This document shows positions 1 through 10,680 of a stretch of 64,000 nucleotides of DNA, one piece after another. Position numbers and translations under genes: made by a program. The stretch's first letter is position 1. Each line of letters begins with the position of its first letter. This stretch comes from Ancylonema sp. (taxonomy: Eukaryota). The stretch covers positions 1-64,000 of the forward strand of contig JBFLGF010000178.1 of assembly GCA_050230475.1 (NCBI GenBank), read 5' to 3'. Under the pieces are notes generated by a model. That model was not told the DNA's origin. It searched no databases and worked only from the letters and a program-made list of their open reading frames with translations.

Positions 1-214
1 TTAATTCGTGATTTTCGGTTTGGGGGTATTAAGAAGGTTCGGACCAAACCTAATTAACCGTTCGGTATTTCGTTTTTTGGGACTTGTGGGGTATTATCCT
101 CAAATTCTTTCATCCGGGGTAAGAACGGTGGCAAGCTCTGACTAACCAGGATTTTTGCCGGGGTCACGATTTTGGGCGCATTTCAATTTTCGATGCGCGG
201 ATTTCAATTACAAT

Positions 215-420
215 TGACGTGTTGTTTGGAGTCGGTCGCCAGTAATAGTGTTCTTCATACTTTGTCTTCTCTCTGAACTGAAGTTCTCTCTTTTGATGTC
301 CTCATAACTTCTTCTTCTCTAAGTTCTGAAAGTCGCTCATCTCATATAGTCACAAATCTTGTATCGATAAATGGTGGTAATCTCTCATAAAGTCACAATG
401 TGGTATTCTGCTGCTCTCAC
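215..420 (-). repeat. Short repeat S2 of element 1 (3' terminus, ends CA)
   Basis: Direct copy of 1592-1796 with about 14 differences by eye. Confidence 0.92.
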
Positions 421-431
421 TCAGATTGAAA

Positions 432-1588
432 TCAGATTGAAGTAGCATTGCAGATTGAGTCTCTGCTGAGATATCAATATTATATCTATCACACGTCTCA
501 GCGGTCTGGTGAAATTCACTATTTAATGCCGAGGGCGAGCTAACATATGGTTTATAGTACAAAAGTATTTGAAAATACTATAAAACAAACAAGACAGTTT
601 GGAGGAGACTATCAAGGTTAACAGCCGTAAGAGTTACTGTCGGTGCGAAAGCAAAGTATCGACGGCGCGTCGATAAAAGATACTGGCTCACAAAGAGCGT
701 CAGCAGACAGGTGTAAACACCAAATGCTGGCTCGGAGCGAGCGACAACAAACACACACACACAAATGAAATTTCCGGTTCGGAGCGAACGCGGGCAAATC
801 GACAGATGTTTAACACACACACGCTTGCTGGCTCAGAGAGAGCGTCAGCGAATCGATGTAAGAAATTACTGTCGATGAACAAGCTGGCTCATGAAGAGCG
901 TCAGCAACAGATTCGGATGAATCAGATCAAATACACACACACAGATTACAAAGAATGATTTGCAATCTTACCGGTTGTCTGACGGATGTCAGGCTGAGTC
1001 GGAAGACGAGCACGTTGCAAAGTCGCGTAAGCGAAGGGATGCAATATTCACAGAATTGCAAAGGATTCAGATAACACAGAAGATTGTTGGAAGGGATTTC
1101 TTAACAGCGCAATCTGACAGCGGTAGTTGGCAGATCTGAAAGTACAATTTTACTTTTATCACAAAGTTGTTGCGCGGTGCTAACCGGCATAGTTAACTAA
1201 AGTTAGTCTATCGAAGATCACGACAGGCTGGCTTCTAGAACTTTCAAAACAATCACGACGCTACGATGAAAGCGGCGCGAGAATTAACTCTAATTCTACG
1301 GCTGGATTTAATCGCCGGGATTATCGACAAGTCAAAAGAGACTTTTGATTTTAATAACAAAATCGACACGTAGCTATTTGTTGAAGACTGCTGGATTCTA
1401 GACTTCGGAAAATACGCCACGCGTTATATTCGAGTCGTACAAATTTCGTACTTCACTATTTTTCTAGCAAAGTATTGATTCTAGAAAATCGTTATATCGA
1501 ATACTCTCGTTATAGCATAATATTAATCTAGAAGGGTTTCTGATCAATCTAGAAGGGTTTCGCCTTAGCAATCTCTAGCGTCATGACA
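432..1588 (-). repeat. Long repeat L2 of element 1 (begins TGTCATGAC on -)
   Basis: Direct copy of 7895-9054. An 11-bp near-duplication (TCAGATTGAAA, 421-431) lies at the L2/S2 junction. Confidence 0.95.
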
Positions 1589-1591
1589 AGC

Positions 1592-1796
1592 TGACGTGCT
1601 GTTTGGAGTCGGCCGCCTAGAATAGTGTTCTTCATACTTTGACTTCTCTCTGAACTGAAGTTCTCTCTTTTGATGTCCTCATAACTACTTCTTCTCTAAG
1701 TTCTGAATGTAGATCATCTCATATAGTCACAATCTTGTATCGATAAATGTTGGTAATCTCTCATAAAGTCACAATGTGGTATTGTGTTGCTCTCAT
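1592..1796 (-). repeat. Short repeat S1 of element 1
   Basis: Follows the PPT, ends CACGTCA, and is separated from L2 by GCT. Confidence 0.92.
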
Positions 1797-1806
1797 CCCC
1801 CCCCCC
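1797..1806 (-). promoter_or_regulatory. Polypurine tract (G10) of element 1
   Basis: G10 run at the end of the internal region. The context CA(A/G)CTGGGGGGGGGGA is shared with element 2 (G run 52028-52037). Confidence 0.75.
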
Positions 1807-1837
1807 AGTTGCGAAATGGTAGTGTAGAAACTGGGTA

Positions 1838-1950
1838 TCAGGAGCAGCATTCGCCTTGGTGGATAGGACAGAACCATGCACCTTCAGGTATTGTTGTGAG
1901 TCGAGGTGGGAGAAAATAGATGTGGTACCCATCGTTACAGCTTTTTGGAT
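1838..1950 (-). pseudogene. Truncated PHD finger at the C-terminus of the integrase region
   Basis: CNDGYHIYFLPPRLTTIPEGAWFCP matches the C-terminal half of a PHD finger (CxxxYHxxCLxPPLxxxPxGxWxCP). The N-terminal half is missing. Confidence 0.7.
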
Positions 1951-2159
1951 GTGTTTTGATGTCAAGTGTGCCTTTGGTTTGGCGTTTCACATAAACATGT
2001 TGATGTTTGAGGAGACGAGGGTGAGGTCGTGCCCATGCACCACTGTGTACCCGAAAGTATTGATGCCTGTCTCGTTGTTGTGCAATGGCATGGTTGCGCA
2101 TTGCGAGAGGCATGACATCGTGAAAAAGATTACTGCCTTCCTGAATGAATTTTGGTAAT

Positions 2160-2900
2160 TCCTTGAGTGCCTCAGGTAAAGGGTCATGTTCAGCTGCTTG
2201 TAATTGTGCCTCGAAGATAGGGTGTCTTCCATACAGCTAATAGTATGGGGAATACCCGGTAGAGGCCTGTTTTGTCATGCGGTACTCCATGGCGACATAA
2301 GGTAGGTAAATGTCCCAATCCGTGCGATGTTCTTTTAGGAGGATTTTCCTTAAAGATAGTTTCATCGTTTGAACCATACGTTCTGCTAGCCCATTAGATT
2401 GTGGGTGTTCCCGGGCTGCAGTACGATGTGTAACTCAATGTCCGACAAGTAAGTCGGTGAATGCCCCTTCAAATTTTGCGCCTTGGTCAGTGATGATTTC
2501 ACCAAGGGCTCCAAACCGAGAAAGGACATGGGTGAGTAAAGCATGTGCTGCTGATTTTGACGATTTGTCAAGTAAGGCGATAAGTTCAACCCATTTAGTG
2601 AAATGTTCAATGCAGATCATAACGTATTAGTTTTTACGTGTACTTTATGGCATAGGTCCAGCGAAGTCCACTCCCCAACGGTAGAAGAGTCCCCGAATTG
2701 GTAATGGTTGTAGTTGGGTACGTCCATCAGCAAAGTTTGTTTTTGCTCGAGAACATGCTGGACATTCTTTTATGACTTGAATGACATGATCACCCATCCC
2801 ATGCCACCAGTCATCTTGTTGAAGCGTGGAGCACGCGTTTAACCCTAAAATGACCGTATCGTGTGTGCATGGTATTAATCAGAGGGATTCGTTCTGGTGG
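2160..2900 (-). pseudogene. DDE retroviral-type integrase (frameshifted)
   Basis: Zinc-binding remnant (H..YGH; IKECPAC), LQPLP, WGVDFAGP (D), IEHFTKWVEL, IITDQGAKF (D), HPQSNGLAERMVQ (E). Confidence 0.9.
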
Positions 2901-3020
2901 TGGTGGAACGATTTTCATGTGCCCAGAGGTAGGGAGTAGGGATTTTGTAAACATATCTCCCCATCCATCTGTATTTGAGAGCCCGTCGGTATGTACGGTC
3001 TCTTTGTTGTGGTGTCAAGT

Positions 3021-3600
3021 CTATGTATGAGTTTTGAGAAGTGTCATTGTGGCATTATCGTCCCAATGATCCACTTTAACATCCTTTGGTGGTGGTGCAC
3101 CTTGGTGAAAAGACAAAAAATATGATGGTGGACTGTGCCCCGTAGGTGAGGTCTGTATGTAGTAGCACGGTGTTTTCTCCCCCAATGTTTCAATCTCATG
3201 GTTGTCAGTGTCCGTCTCTGGTAGTGGACAACGACTGCACCCGTCGGCATTAGAGTTTGCAACACCGGGGCGATGTATCACTACAAATTCATACTCCTGA
3301 AGTAAGAGTGCCCAACGTGCAAGTTTGCCAGTGGGTTTGGTGGTTGTCATAATCCATTTGAGGGGTGCATGATCGGTAATGAGGGTAAATGGTTCACCGA
3401 ACAGAAATTGCCGAAAAAGTTGTACCGCCCAGATTACAGCAAGACACTCCCCGTGGAAGCTGCTGTAGTTTCGTTCCGCATTGTTACAGGTGCGACTAAC
3501 AAATGCGACTGCATATTCGGTACCATCATCATCTGTCTGACCCAAAATAGCACCTAAACCATGTGCACTCCAGTCGGTTGCTAACAAGTATGGTTTATTG
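3021..3600 (-). pseudogene. Ty3/gypsy RNase H
   Basis: LATDWSAHGLGAILGQ, ERNYSSFHGECLAVIWAV, TDHAPLKWI, ARWALLLQEYEF, NADGCSR. Confidence 0.93.
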
Positions 3601-3683
3601 GTATCTGGTCTGCGGAGTATTGGCTCTCAACACAGTGCCTGCTTCAATTCGATAAAAGTTGTTTCTTGAGTCTCGTCCCAATG

Positions 3684-4657
3684 TCATTTGACATCCCCTT
3701 TCAGCAGTCCGTTGAGTGGGGAAGCAATCGTGGAGAAATATGGAACGAACTTGCGGCAATATGAAAACAATCCTAGAGCAGCACGAAGTTGATGAATATC
3801 CTTTGGTGTCGGCATACCCTTAATGGCTCTGGTTTTCTCATATTGTGGTGCTATACCTTTCCTAGAGATCTTATGGCCTAAAAAATCAATTTCATCTGCA
3901 AAGAATAAACACTTACCTAGATGACATTTTAACTTGAACTGTCGAAGGCGATGAAAGACTTGTCGAAGGTGTTGAAGATGATCCTCGAAAATATTGCTCC
4001 AGTTGCTGATGTCATCAATGTAACATCGCGAGTTGCGAAGTCCAGCCGAAATTCGGTTCATGGTACGTTGAAAGAATGGTGGTGCATTCTTTTGTCCATA
4101 TGGTACGACATTCCATTCATAAAGTTGACGGTCAGCTCCCCAAAATGCAGTTTTGCATTTGTCCGTTTCAACTATAGGGATCTGGTGGTATCTCCTTGTC
4201 GTAAATCCAATTAGGTAAAGATTTTTGCTTATTTCATGTCCTGAAAGATGTCCTGAATTCTTGGAAGTTGATACTTGTCTTGTTGGGTTTGGTTGTTGAT
4301 AGGACGATAATCACCACATTGACGAAAGTCCGTTGGTTGTCCATTCTCGTCCTTCTTTCGTACCACGACGGTTGCCGAGGCGTAATTGTTACCGTCACTT
4401 TTGCGAATCATGCCTAGTTCGATAAGTTTTTGACAATTTTCTCGAACAAAACTCCATTCGGTGTCAGAAAGACGATGAGAGTTTTGAAAGATTGGTTGGG
4501 CTATTTGCAAAGGAATTTCCATAGGAGTATTTTTGGATGGAAGTAATTCTTCCAGAGAAAATGCAAAGACATCGCGGTTTTCCTCCAAAAGATCATTGTA
4601 GTTTTTGTTCCTCCGTAAGATTATTGCCAATTTTCCATGTAATCGGTCCAGTTTCAA
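3684..4657 (-). pseudogene. Ty3/gypsy reverse transcriptase (broken into several ORFs)
   Basis: LIELGMIRKS, RQCGDYRPIN, YQLPRIQD, YIDD, HLQHLRQVF, KC.F...IDFLGH, LGLFSYCRKFVP. Confidence 0.94.
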
Positions 4658-4932
4658 GTGGTGAATCTAGGTTGGATGGAATCATGTTGTCATCGGTGAC
4701 AGTTGTTGATTGGTAATCGGTTTCATTCAATAGTGATTGAGTGATAGGAATTGCATCTTGAGCAAGTTGGTGTTGCTCAGGTGAAGTGTGATGCTGGTGA
4801 TTCCTAATGCTGGTGATTCCTATTGTTGTAAAATTCATTGGTCGCAGAATCGTAATGAAGGGTGTGGTATAATGGATGAATAGAGTATTTAGCCCCCCCC
4901 CTTTCCTTGGTTGGCAAGGTGGGGTATGTACC

Positions 4933-6000
4933 CTATGCGAGGTTACAAGATGGGAGTGCATGTATAGCCATGAGAATGCCTCCCAACCATTTAGCCATGT
5001 TGCGGTCCATTGTGCGTCCCATCATCGCTTTCCGAGTATTCTCTGAAATGCCTTGTGCACATGTATCTCCATTGTCAAAACCCATAAGTCTCTCACGTAC
5101 CCAAACATTCGCTTCCTCCCAGTCATGTTTTTCCGTGTTGTAAAGCATTCCAGGGCCTGGTTGATTGTACCCTTAAAACTTAAATTGGTAGCTGCCTGGG
5201 TATGAAACACGTGTTGGTAGCGCACGACGTAGTTCGCCAGTTTTGTTGACTAGGGTGAATGGTGGTTCATCATCTTTAAGCACCTTGTTAGGTCGATGAT
5301 GTGGTTCAAGAATGGTGGACAGAGGTGGTAATTTCGGTGTGTCCGGAATAGCCAGTTCCAATACATTTGGTGATATCTAGTTTGTCCACATGCATCGAAC
5401 ACGGTGAGTTGTGAACCAAAATTGTATGCGTCGGCAACTGCTGGAAAACCCAAAAAGAACTTGATGAGTGTGGTTGTATCTCAAATTTCCTTCACTAGAT
5501 CTCCAAATGGATATGTGTTTTCCAAAATAAATACTGGTGGGTATTTTTGGACGCTAATGAGATGGTTGATGGCTCGAATGAGGTCAAAGAAGTATGGAAA
5601 TCGTCGATTATAGTAGCCTATGCCTTGTCCGGCTTTGCTGACCATCTGACATTCCCATTCAGCGAAGATGAAGTCGATAGGTCCTCGTTGTAGGATCAGT
5701 TCATCCAAATCGTCGTTTGATATTTTGGAAACATCATGAGAAAGTCGAGTGTCGAAACCTTTAATTGCACTGGTTGACAATTGTCGTGGGTATCGAACTT
5801 GAAGTTTGGGTAATGTTGCACGAGTGATGTCACGTGCATCTTGGTCAATGTCACTGTGGGTATATGTACCAATGTTGTTTCCAGCTTCAAGGTGCATGAT
5901 AGCGCCACTGCAGCTCATGCCACCAAAAAGCTCCCAAATGTGTAGACCATCTTGCAGCGCCTTAGGTTGTAAGCGTGCTGTGTAAGATGGAACAATTGGT
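4933..6000 (-). pseudogene. C5 cytosine DNA methyltransferase domain between PR and RT (frameshifted)
   Basis: Motif I WELFGG; IV PIDFIFAEWECQ (Cys retained); VI FILENT; VIII HRVRCMWTN (across a frameshift); IX RERLMGF; X-like RKAMMGRTMD. Confidence 0.88.
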
Positions 6001-6242
6001 ACAGCATCACGCATCGGTCTGCCTTTCCATGCGTTCCATTGTGGTAATGGCTGGTTTTGTATTTTGTCGATGGCCTTGCGCAAACACTGTGCGCTGTTGA
6101 TACGCAAGGATGTAAGTCTGTTGGCTGCATGGTGCTCATTTACTTGTGCCATTGTTATGGCTGCTGCATTAAGTTGTGGTCGATGTGCTTGACGAATGTC
6201 TGTGTGTTTGGTTGTAGCAATATAAACCATGGTATTAGTTTC

Positions 6243-7055
6243 TCATTCCTGCATCTGAGGTTGGTACTCATTGTCGATGGGTCCATCTGGAAAATGTTGT
6301 GGTTCGTGGTATACACCTTCTTCCATGATACGAAACTCAAATTCTGTCAGAATGTCGGCTTCTTCTGTTGAATGTAATAAGTCCTCGTTCGGAATTTGCT
6401 TAAATGTGTCAGCAGAAGTGTACGTAACACCTGCATCCATGTATTGACAATGCACTAATGCCGCGTGTGGCAAAGTGTATTTGAATGGAATTGAGGCACG
6501 ATGTGTACCCTGCTTTTGCCAATCGACGCGATAGTGAAAGTGTTGACTCCATGGATCTGTAATACCTCCTATTGGTCCTACGAAAGTACTACCCAACAGA
6601 ACGTCGTATTTGTCGGAGGGTGTCAAATGAAGTTTGGCGTTAACCGAAGCTTGGTTTTTACCATGTCCAATGTTGATGGTGTATGCTTTCTTGGTGGTCC
6701 CCAAAGATTGTTGGTATTTTCCATCTGAAGTTACATATTCTTCTCCAGGATCAAGGTCTTGTGGTGTAAGCTTGAGTTGTAGTTGTTTGGCAAATTTGGT
6801 ACCAATGGTCACGTTCTCTGCACCTGAATCGAATATTGGAGGTGTTTCTCCACCAATAGTGAGTATTGATTGACTGTTGTCAGCCGTTGGTATATGCCAG
6901 CTGGTTGTCAATCTGGCGTTGCAAGGGATCACCGGTGGTCTGGTGTTTTGTGGTCCCATTACAGAGAGTGCCATTGGTGGTTGTGGCATCTCTGGCTTGT
7001 CGAGGGTAATCATGTGGTGGTGGTATGTCACCCCTTGAGGTGCGTCAAGTAACAA
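6243..7055 (-). CDS. Retropepsin aspartic protease region of element 1
   Basis: IFDSGAENVTIG and YDVLLGSTF. Homologous to 47437-48651 (GPIGG..DPW....F.R.DW). Confidence 0.85.
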   Translation of the reverse strand: MLLDAPQGVTYHHHMITLDKPEMPQPPMALSVMGPQNTRPPVIPCNARLTTSWHIPTADNSQSILTIGGETPPIFDSGAENVTIGTKFAKQLQLKLTPQDLDPGEEYVTSDGKYQQSLGTTKKAYTINIGHGKNQASVNAKLHLTPSDKYDVLLGSTFVGPIGGITDPWSQHFHYRVDWQKQGTHRASIPFKYTLPHAALVHCQYMDAGVTYTSADTFKQIPNEDLLHSTEEADILTEFEFRIMEEGVYHEPQHFPDGPIDNEYQPQMQE

Positions 7056-7059
7056 ATTC

Positions 7060-7814
7060 CGTCATCGTGGACAGTTGGTCATTGTATGTCCTGTTTGTCC
7101 ACCGAAATAACATCGTAATTCTTTTTCAATGACATCATATGGTTCTTCAAAATCAGGTATGTTTGGTGCCTGATGTGGTGCAGACTCGAGTGGTGTCGAG
7201 GTACATGAAGGTGAAAGGTCTGGGTAGTTATAACGGATACCCCAGGTTATGTTCGATCTTCGTGACTTGACTGTTTTAGTCGTTCGAAGCTAAGTTTTTC
7301 CAGCACTCGTTCAAGTTGTTCATCAGAAATGTGAACAGATCTGCTGCAAAAATGTCCGATCGCGGTGCCATAACTGTGTAAGCTGGTGGATCAGCTTCTT
7401 CAGTCTTAGGCTGCGCGTATCGTGTGAAAGCTAATGTAGCTTTCCATACCTCCTCCGCTTGAAGCAACTGGATGGTGAGATGACGAGGGATGTGCTCCTG
7501 TCACTCCTGCTTCCTGTATGTTTGTAACATCTGGACGTGCGCCAATGTTTGTTCCCGCATATGAGGTGGTAATAGGTGTACCATTTGGCTTTGTTCCTCA
7601 ATCTGAATCTGAAAGAGTCCCAGTTTGAAAATCGAAAATCTTGTCCCAGATCCGTTGTTATGGAAAGCAGATATTTCTCTGATGTTAATTTGTTCAACAT
7701 GTATTCAAATTTTGATGCTCTTTCGACCCAATGTCCATGATTATAAACGTCTATCATTGAATTGTGATAATGAAAAGTGTTTATCGACAATGAAGTGGTA
7801 GTCACGACAGACAA
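7060..7814 (-). pseudogene. Gag region of element 1 with a degenerate zinc knuckle
   Basis: About 7065-7120 translates CYFGGQTGHTMTNCP (CX2CX4HX4C with the second Cys lost). Lies upstream of PR. Confidence 0.6.
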
Positions 7815-7894
7815 AAGACGTTCATAAAAAAAAAAAAAACTGGTCCCAATGTTTGTTACAAACTTTTAATTGTCGAAATCAAGAGCTTCCGCGG

Positions 7895-9054
7895 TCGGAT
7901 TGAAGTAGTATTGCAGATTGAGTCTCTGCTGAGATATCAATATTATATCTATCACACGTCTCAGCGGTCCGGTGAAATTCACTACTTAACGCCGAGGGCG
8001 AGCTAATAGATGGTTTATAGTACAAAAGTTTGTGAAAATACTACAAAACAAACAAGACCGTCTAGAGCAGACTATCAAGGTTAACAGCCGTAAGAGTTAC
8101 TTTCGGTGCGAAAGCAAAGTATCGACGGCGCGTCGATAAAAGATGCTGGCTCAGAAAGAGCGTCAGGAGACAGGTGTAAACAACAAATGCTGGCTCGGAG
8201 CGAGCGACAGCAAACACACGCACACAAATGAAATTGCCGGTTCGGAGCGAACGCGGGCAAATCGACAATGTTTAACACACACACACACGCTTGCTAGCTT
8301 AGAGAGAGCGTCAGCAAATCGATGTAAGAAATTACAGTCGATAAACCAGCTGGCTCAGGAAGAGCGTCAGCAACAGATTCAGATGAATCAGATAAAATAC
8401 ACACACACAGATTGCAAAGAATGATTTGCAATCTTACCGGGTGGCTGACGGATGTCAGACTGAGTCGGAAGACGAGCACGTTGCGAAGTCGCGTAAGCGA
8501 AGGGATGCAATATTCACAGAATTGCAAAGGATTCAGATAACACAGAAGATTGTTGGAAGGGATTTCTTAACAGCGCAATCTGACAGCGGTAGTTGGCAGA
8601 TCTGAAAGTACAATTTTACTTTTATCACAAAGTTGTTGCGCGGTGCTAACCGGCATAGTTAACTAAAGTTAGTCTATCGAAGATCACGACAGGCTGGCTT
8701 CTAGAACTTTCAAAACAATCACGACGCTACGATGAAAGCGGCGCGAGAATTAACTCTAATTCTACGGCTGGATTTAATCGCCGGGATTATCGACAAGTCA
8801 AAAGAGACTTTTGATTTTAATAACAAAATCGACACGTAGCTATTTGTTGAAGACTGCTGGATTCTAGACTTCGGAAAATACGCCACGCGTTATATTCGAG
8901 TCGTACAAATTTCGTACTTCACTATTTTTCTAGCAAAGTATTGATTCTAGAAAATCGTTATATCGAATACTCTCGTTATAGCAGAATATTTATCTAGAAG
9001 GGTTTCTGATCAATCTAGAAGGGTTTCGCCTTAGCGATCTCTAGCGTCATGACA
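7895..9054 (-). repeat. Long repeat L1 of element 1 (5' terminus)
   Basis: Starts TGTCATGAC on -. Copy of 432-1588 and homologous to 44145-45299 and 52237-53370. Confidence 0.95.
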
Positions 9055-9825
9055 CTATAGGATTCACTGTATAGAAGGGGTATTATTGTGTTCATTTAGG
9101 GTCTATAAAAAAATAAAAACCCGTTGCCGGGTTGGGGTATTTAGTCGTTGGGGTTATGTAATAAATATCTAAAAATGGGTTGGAGTAAGGGGGTGGGGTA
9201 ACGATAACTGGTTATTAAGGGGGAATAAACATATTGTGAATAAACATATTGTTTGCGGAAAGAGGTGGGGTACTAAAGTTGGCCGGTACGGTGAATGCGC
9301 AGAAAATAATAGAATATAAGTTTTATATAGCGAAGAGTCTCTTATATCGAATTTTGAATGTATGGTTAGTTACCATTGGTAACTCTTAATATTTTCGCGT
9401 TCTCTTTTTATACAAAAGCACCCTCGATGTAGCATAGTAACATAAGTTATAATAAGCCAACAAAATTTTATGTACTATTGAAGGGTCACTATGTTTATTT
9501 ATTTATTTTTTATAATCGTGTACTACGACATACAATCAAGTAAAATAAGAAAGGAAGGAAAAAAATCGGGACAGTTCCTAGAGAAATCGTTAACTGTCCA
9601 CCCACCGACCCTTCCAGATGTTAGTGTTACCTGCCCAAGCGTGAAAAATATGCAGCCGTGTGATTTTACACGTTCAACTTCGTACATTTCTCGTCATAAT
9701 AGCAAATGATACTATCGTTCATAGTAAATCATATTAATTGTAAAGTATTAATTCACAATACTTACTATTTTCACGATTCGATGTAAACATTTTGTTGCGA
9801 AAAAGTTACTATATTGAAATTCGAC

Positions 9826-9960
9826 TATACACTCTCTCCTCGATATAACGACCCTCTTCATAATGACAAGCTTGGAATAACGAAAATTTGTGAAAATGTT
9901 TTCGACTTCTTTATTGAGCTCCCTCGATATAAGTATAATGACACTCTATATGATGGCATC
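9826..9960. repeat. pogo/Tc1-like MITE end remnant
   Basis: TACACTCTCTCCTCGATATAACG resembles pogo/Tigger-type TIR starts. Similar motifs occur near 38392 and 61650-61692. Confidence 0.35.
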
Positions 9961-10409
9961 TCAAGACTGGATGATTTTTGTTATACAATGTTCATGACAT
10001 TACATTGAAGTATAGTATAAAATAGATATGTTTGAAATCTTGCAAATATGTATGTCCTCCGTTGGATTTTGTGGGTAATTCTATAGCGTATAAATCAACA
10101 TACGAAATTTGACAACATATCGTAGTGGCCATACAGAATGACCCGGGTTTAAAACCAACAATGGATTTTTGTGGTGACCCACCAACTTGACCCGGGAAAA
10201 ATATAGTTATTATCCCGTGACCCAAAATTATGACCCGGGTAAAAATGTTTATTATACCGTGACCCGGCAAGCCAAATGACCCATCCCAACAAAACAACGT
10301 GTAATATTTGCCGCACCACTTTCGTACCAATTATGGTATTGTAACATTGGGGGGTTAACTTTCTGCCCTCATTTATTTTTCTGATTTTTCCGGTTTTGTT
10401 TTTCACTAC

Positions 10410-10680
10410 ACCGTTCACTTTACATCATAAAATCCACCAATTTCCTTCTCAAATTTCAAATTCATTCACCGTTCATCCGTTCACTTTACACTACAAAATC
10501 CGTTCACTCTCCTTCATCTCAAATCTATTAGATGTTCATCCGTTCACTTTGCACTAAAAAAATCGTTCACTTTCCTTCATCTCAACATTCTTCGCCGTTC
10601 ATCCGTTCACTTTACACGGAAAAAACCGTTCACTTTCCTTCATCTCAAATTTATTCGCCGTTCATCCGTTCATTTTCGTT
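10410..10680. repeat. Tandem repeat, about 63-bp unit, about 4 copies
   Basis: GTTCATCCGTTCACTTT..AC...AAAA..CGTTCACT.TCCTTCATCTCAA recurs near 10470, 10533, 10597 and partially at 10660. Confidence 0.8.

Larger units (their letters stand above)
215..9054 (-). mobile_element. Ty3/gypsy-type retrotransposon (element 1) with split direct repeats L1-ORFs-S1-L2-S2; Gag-PR-DNMT-RT-RH-INT-PHD, degenerate
   Basis: On the - strand it starts TGTCATGAC (9054) and ends CACGTCA (215). Domain order PR..RT-RH-INT is Ty3/gypsy-type. Repeats 7895-9054=432-1588 and 1592-1796=215-420. The ORFs carry several stops and frameshifts. Confidence 0.93.

Noticed and set aside
680..910. CRISPR-like array of palindromic repeats
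   Set aside because: Spacing is irregular, the 'spacers' are copied in every long repeat, there are no cas genes and the context is eukaryotic.
215..1796. Solo LTR, tandem insertion or assembly artefact explaining S-L-S
   Set aside because: The same layout and junction recur in an independent element with different S and internal sequence, and the copies are diverged rather than identical. Disfavoured, not formally excluded.
4933..6230. Bacterial restriction-modification methyltransferase or contamination
   Set aside because: The domain lies inside a retrotransposon pol between PR and RT, flanked by spliced plant genes, and no endonuclease is visible.
1800..7800. DIRS/Ngaro tyrosine-recombinase element
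   Set aside because: No tyrosine recombinase motifs were seen. RT and RH are Ty3/gypsy-type and a DDE integrase is present.
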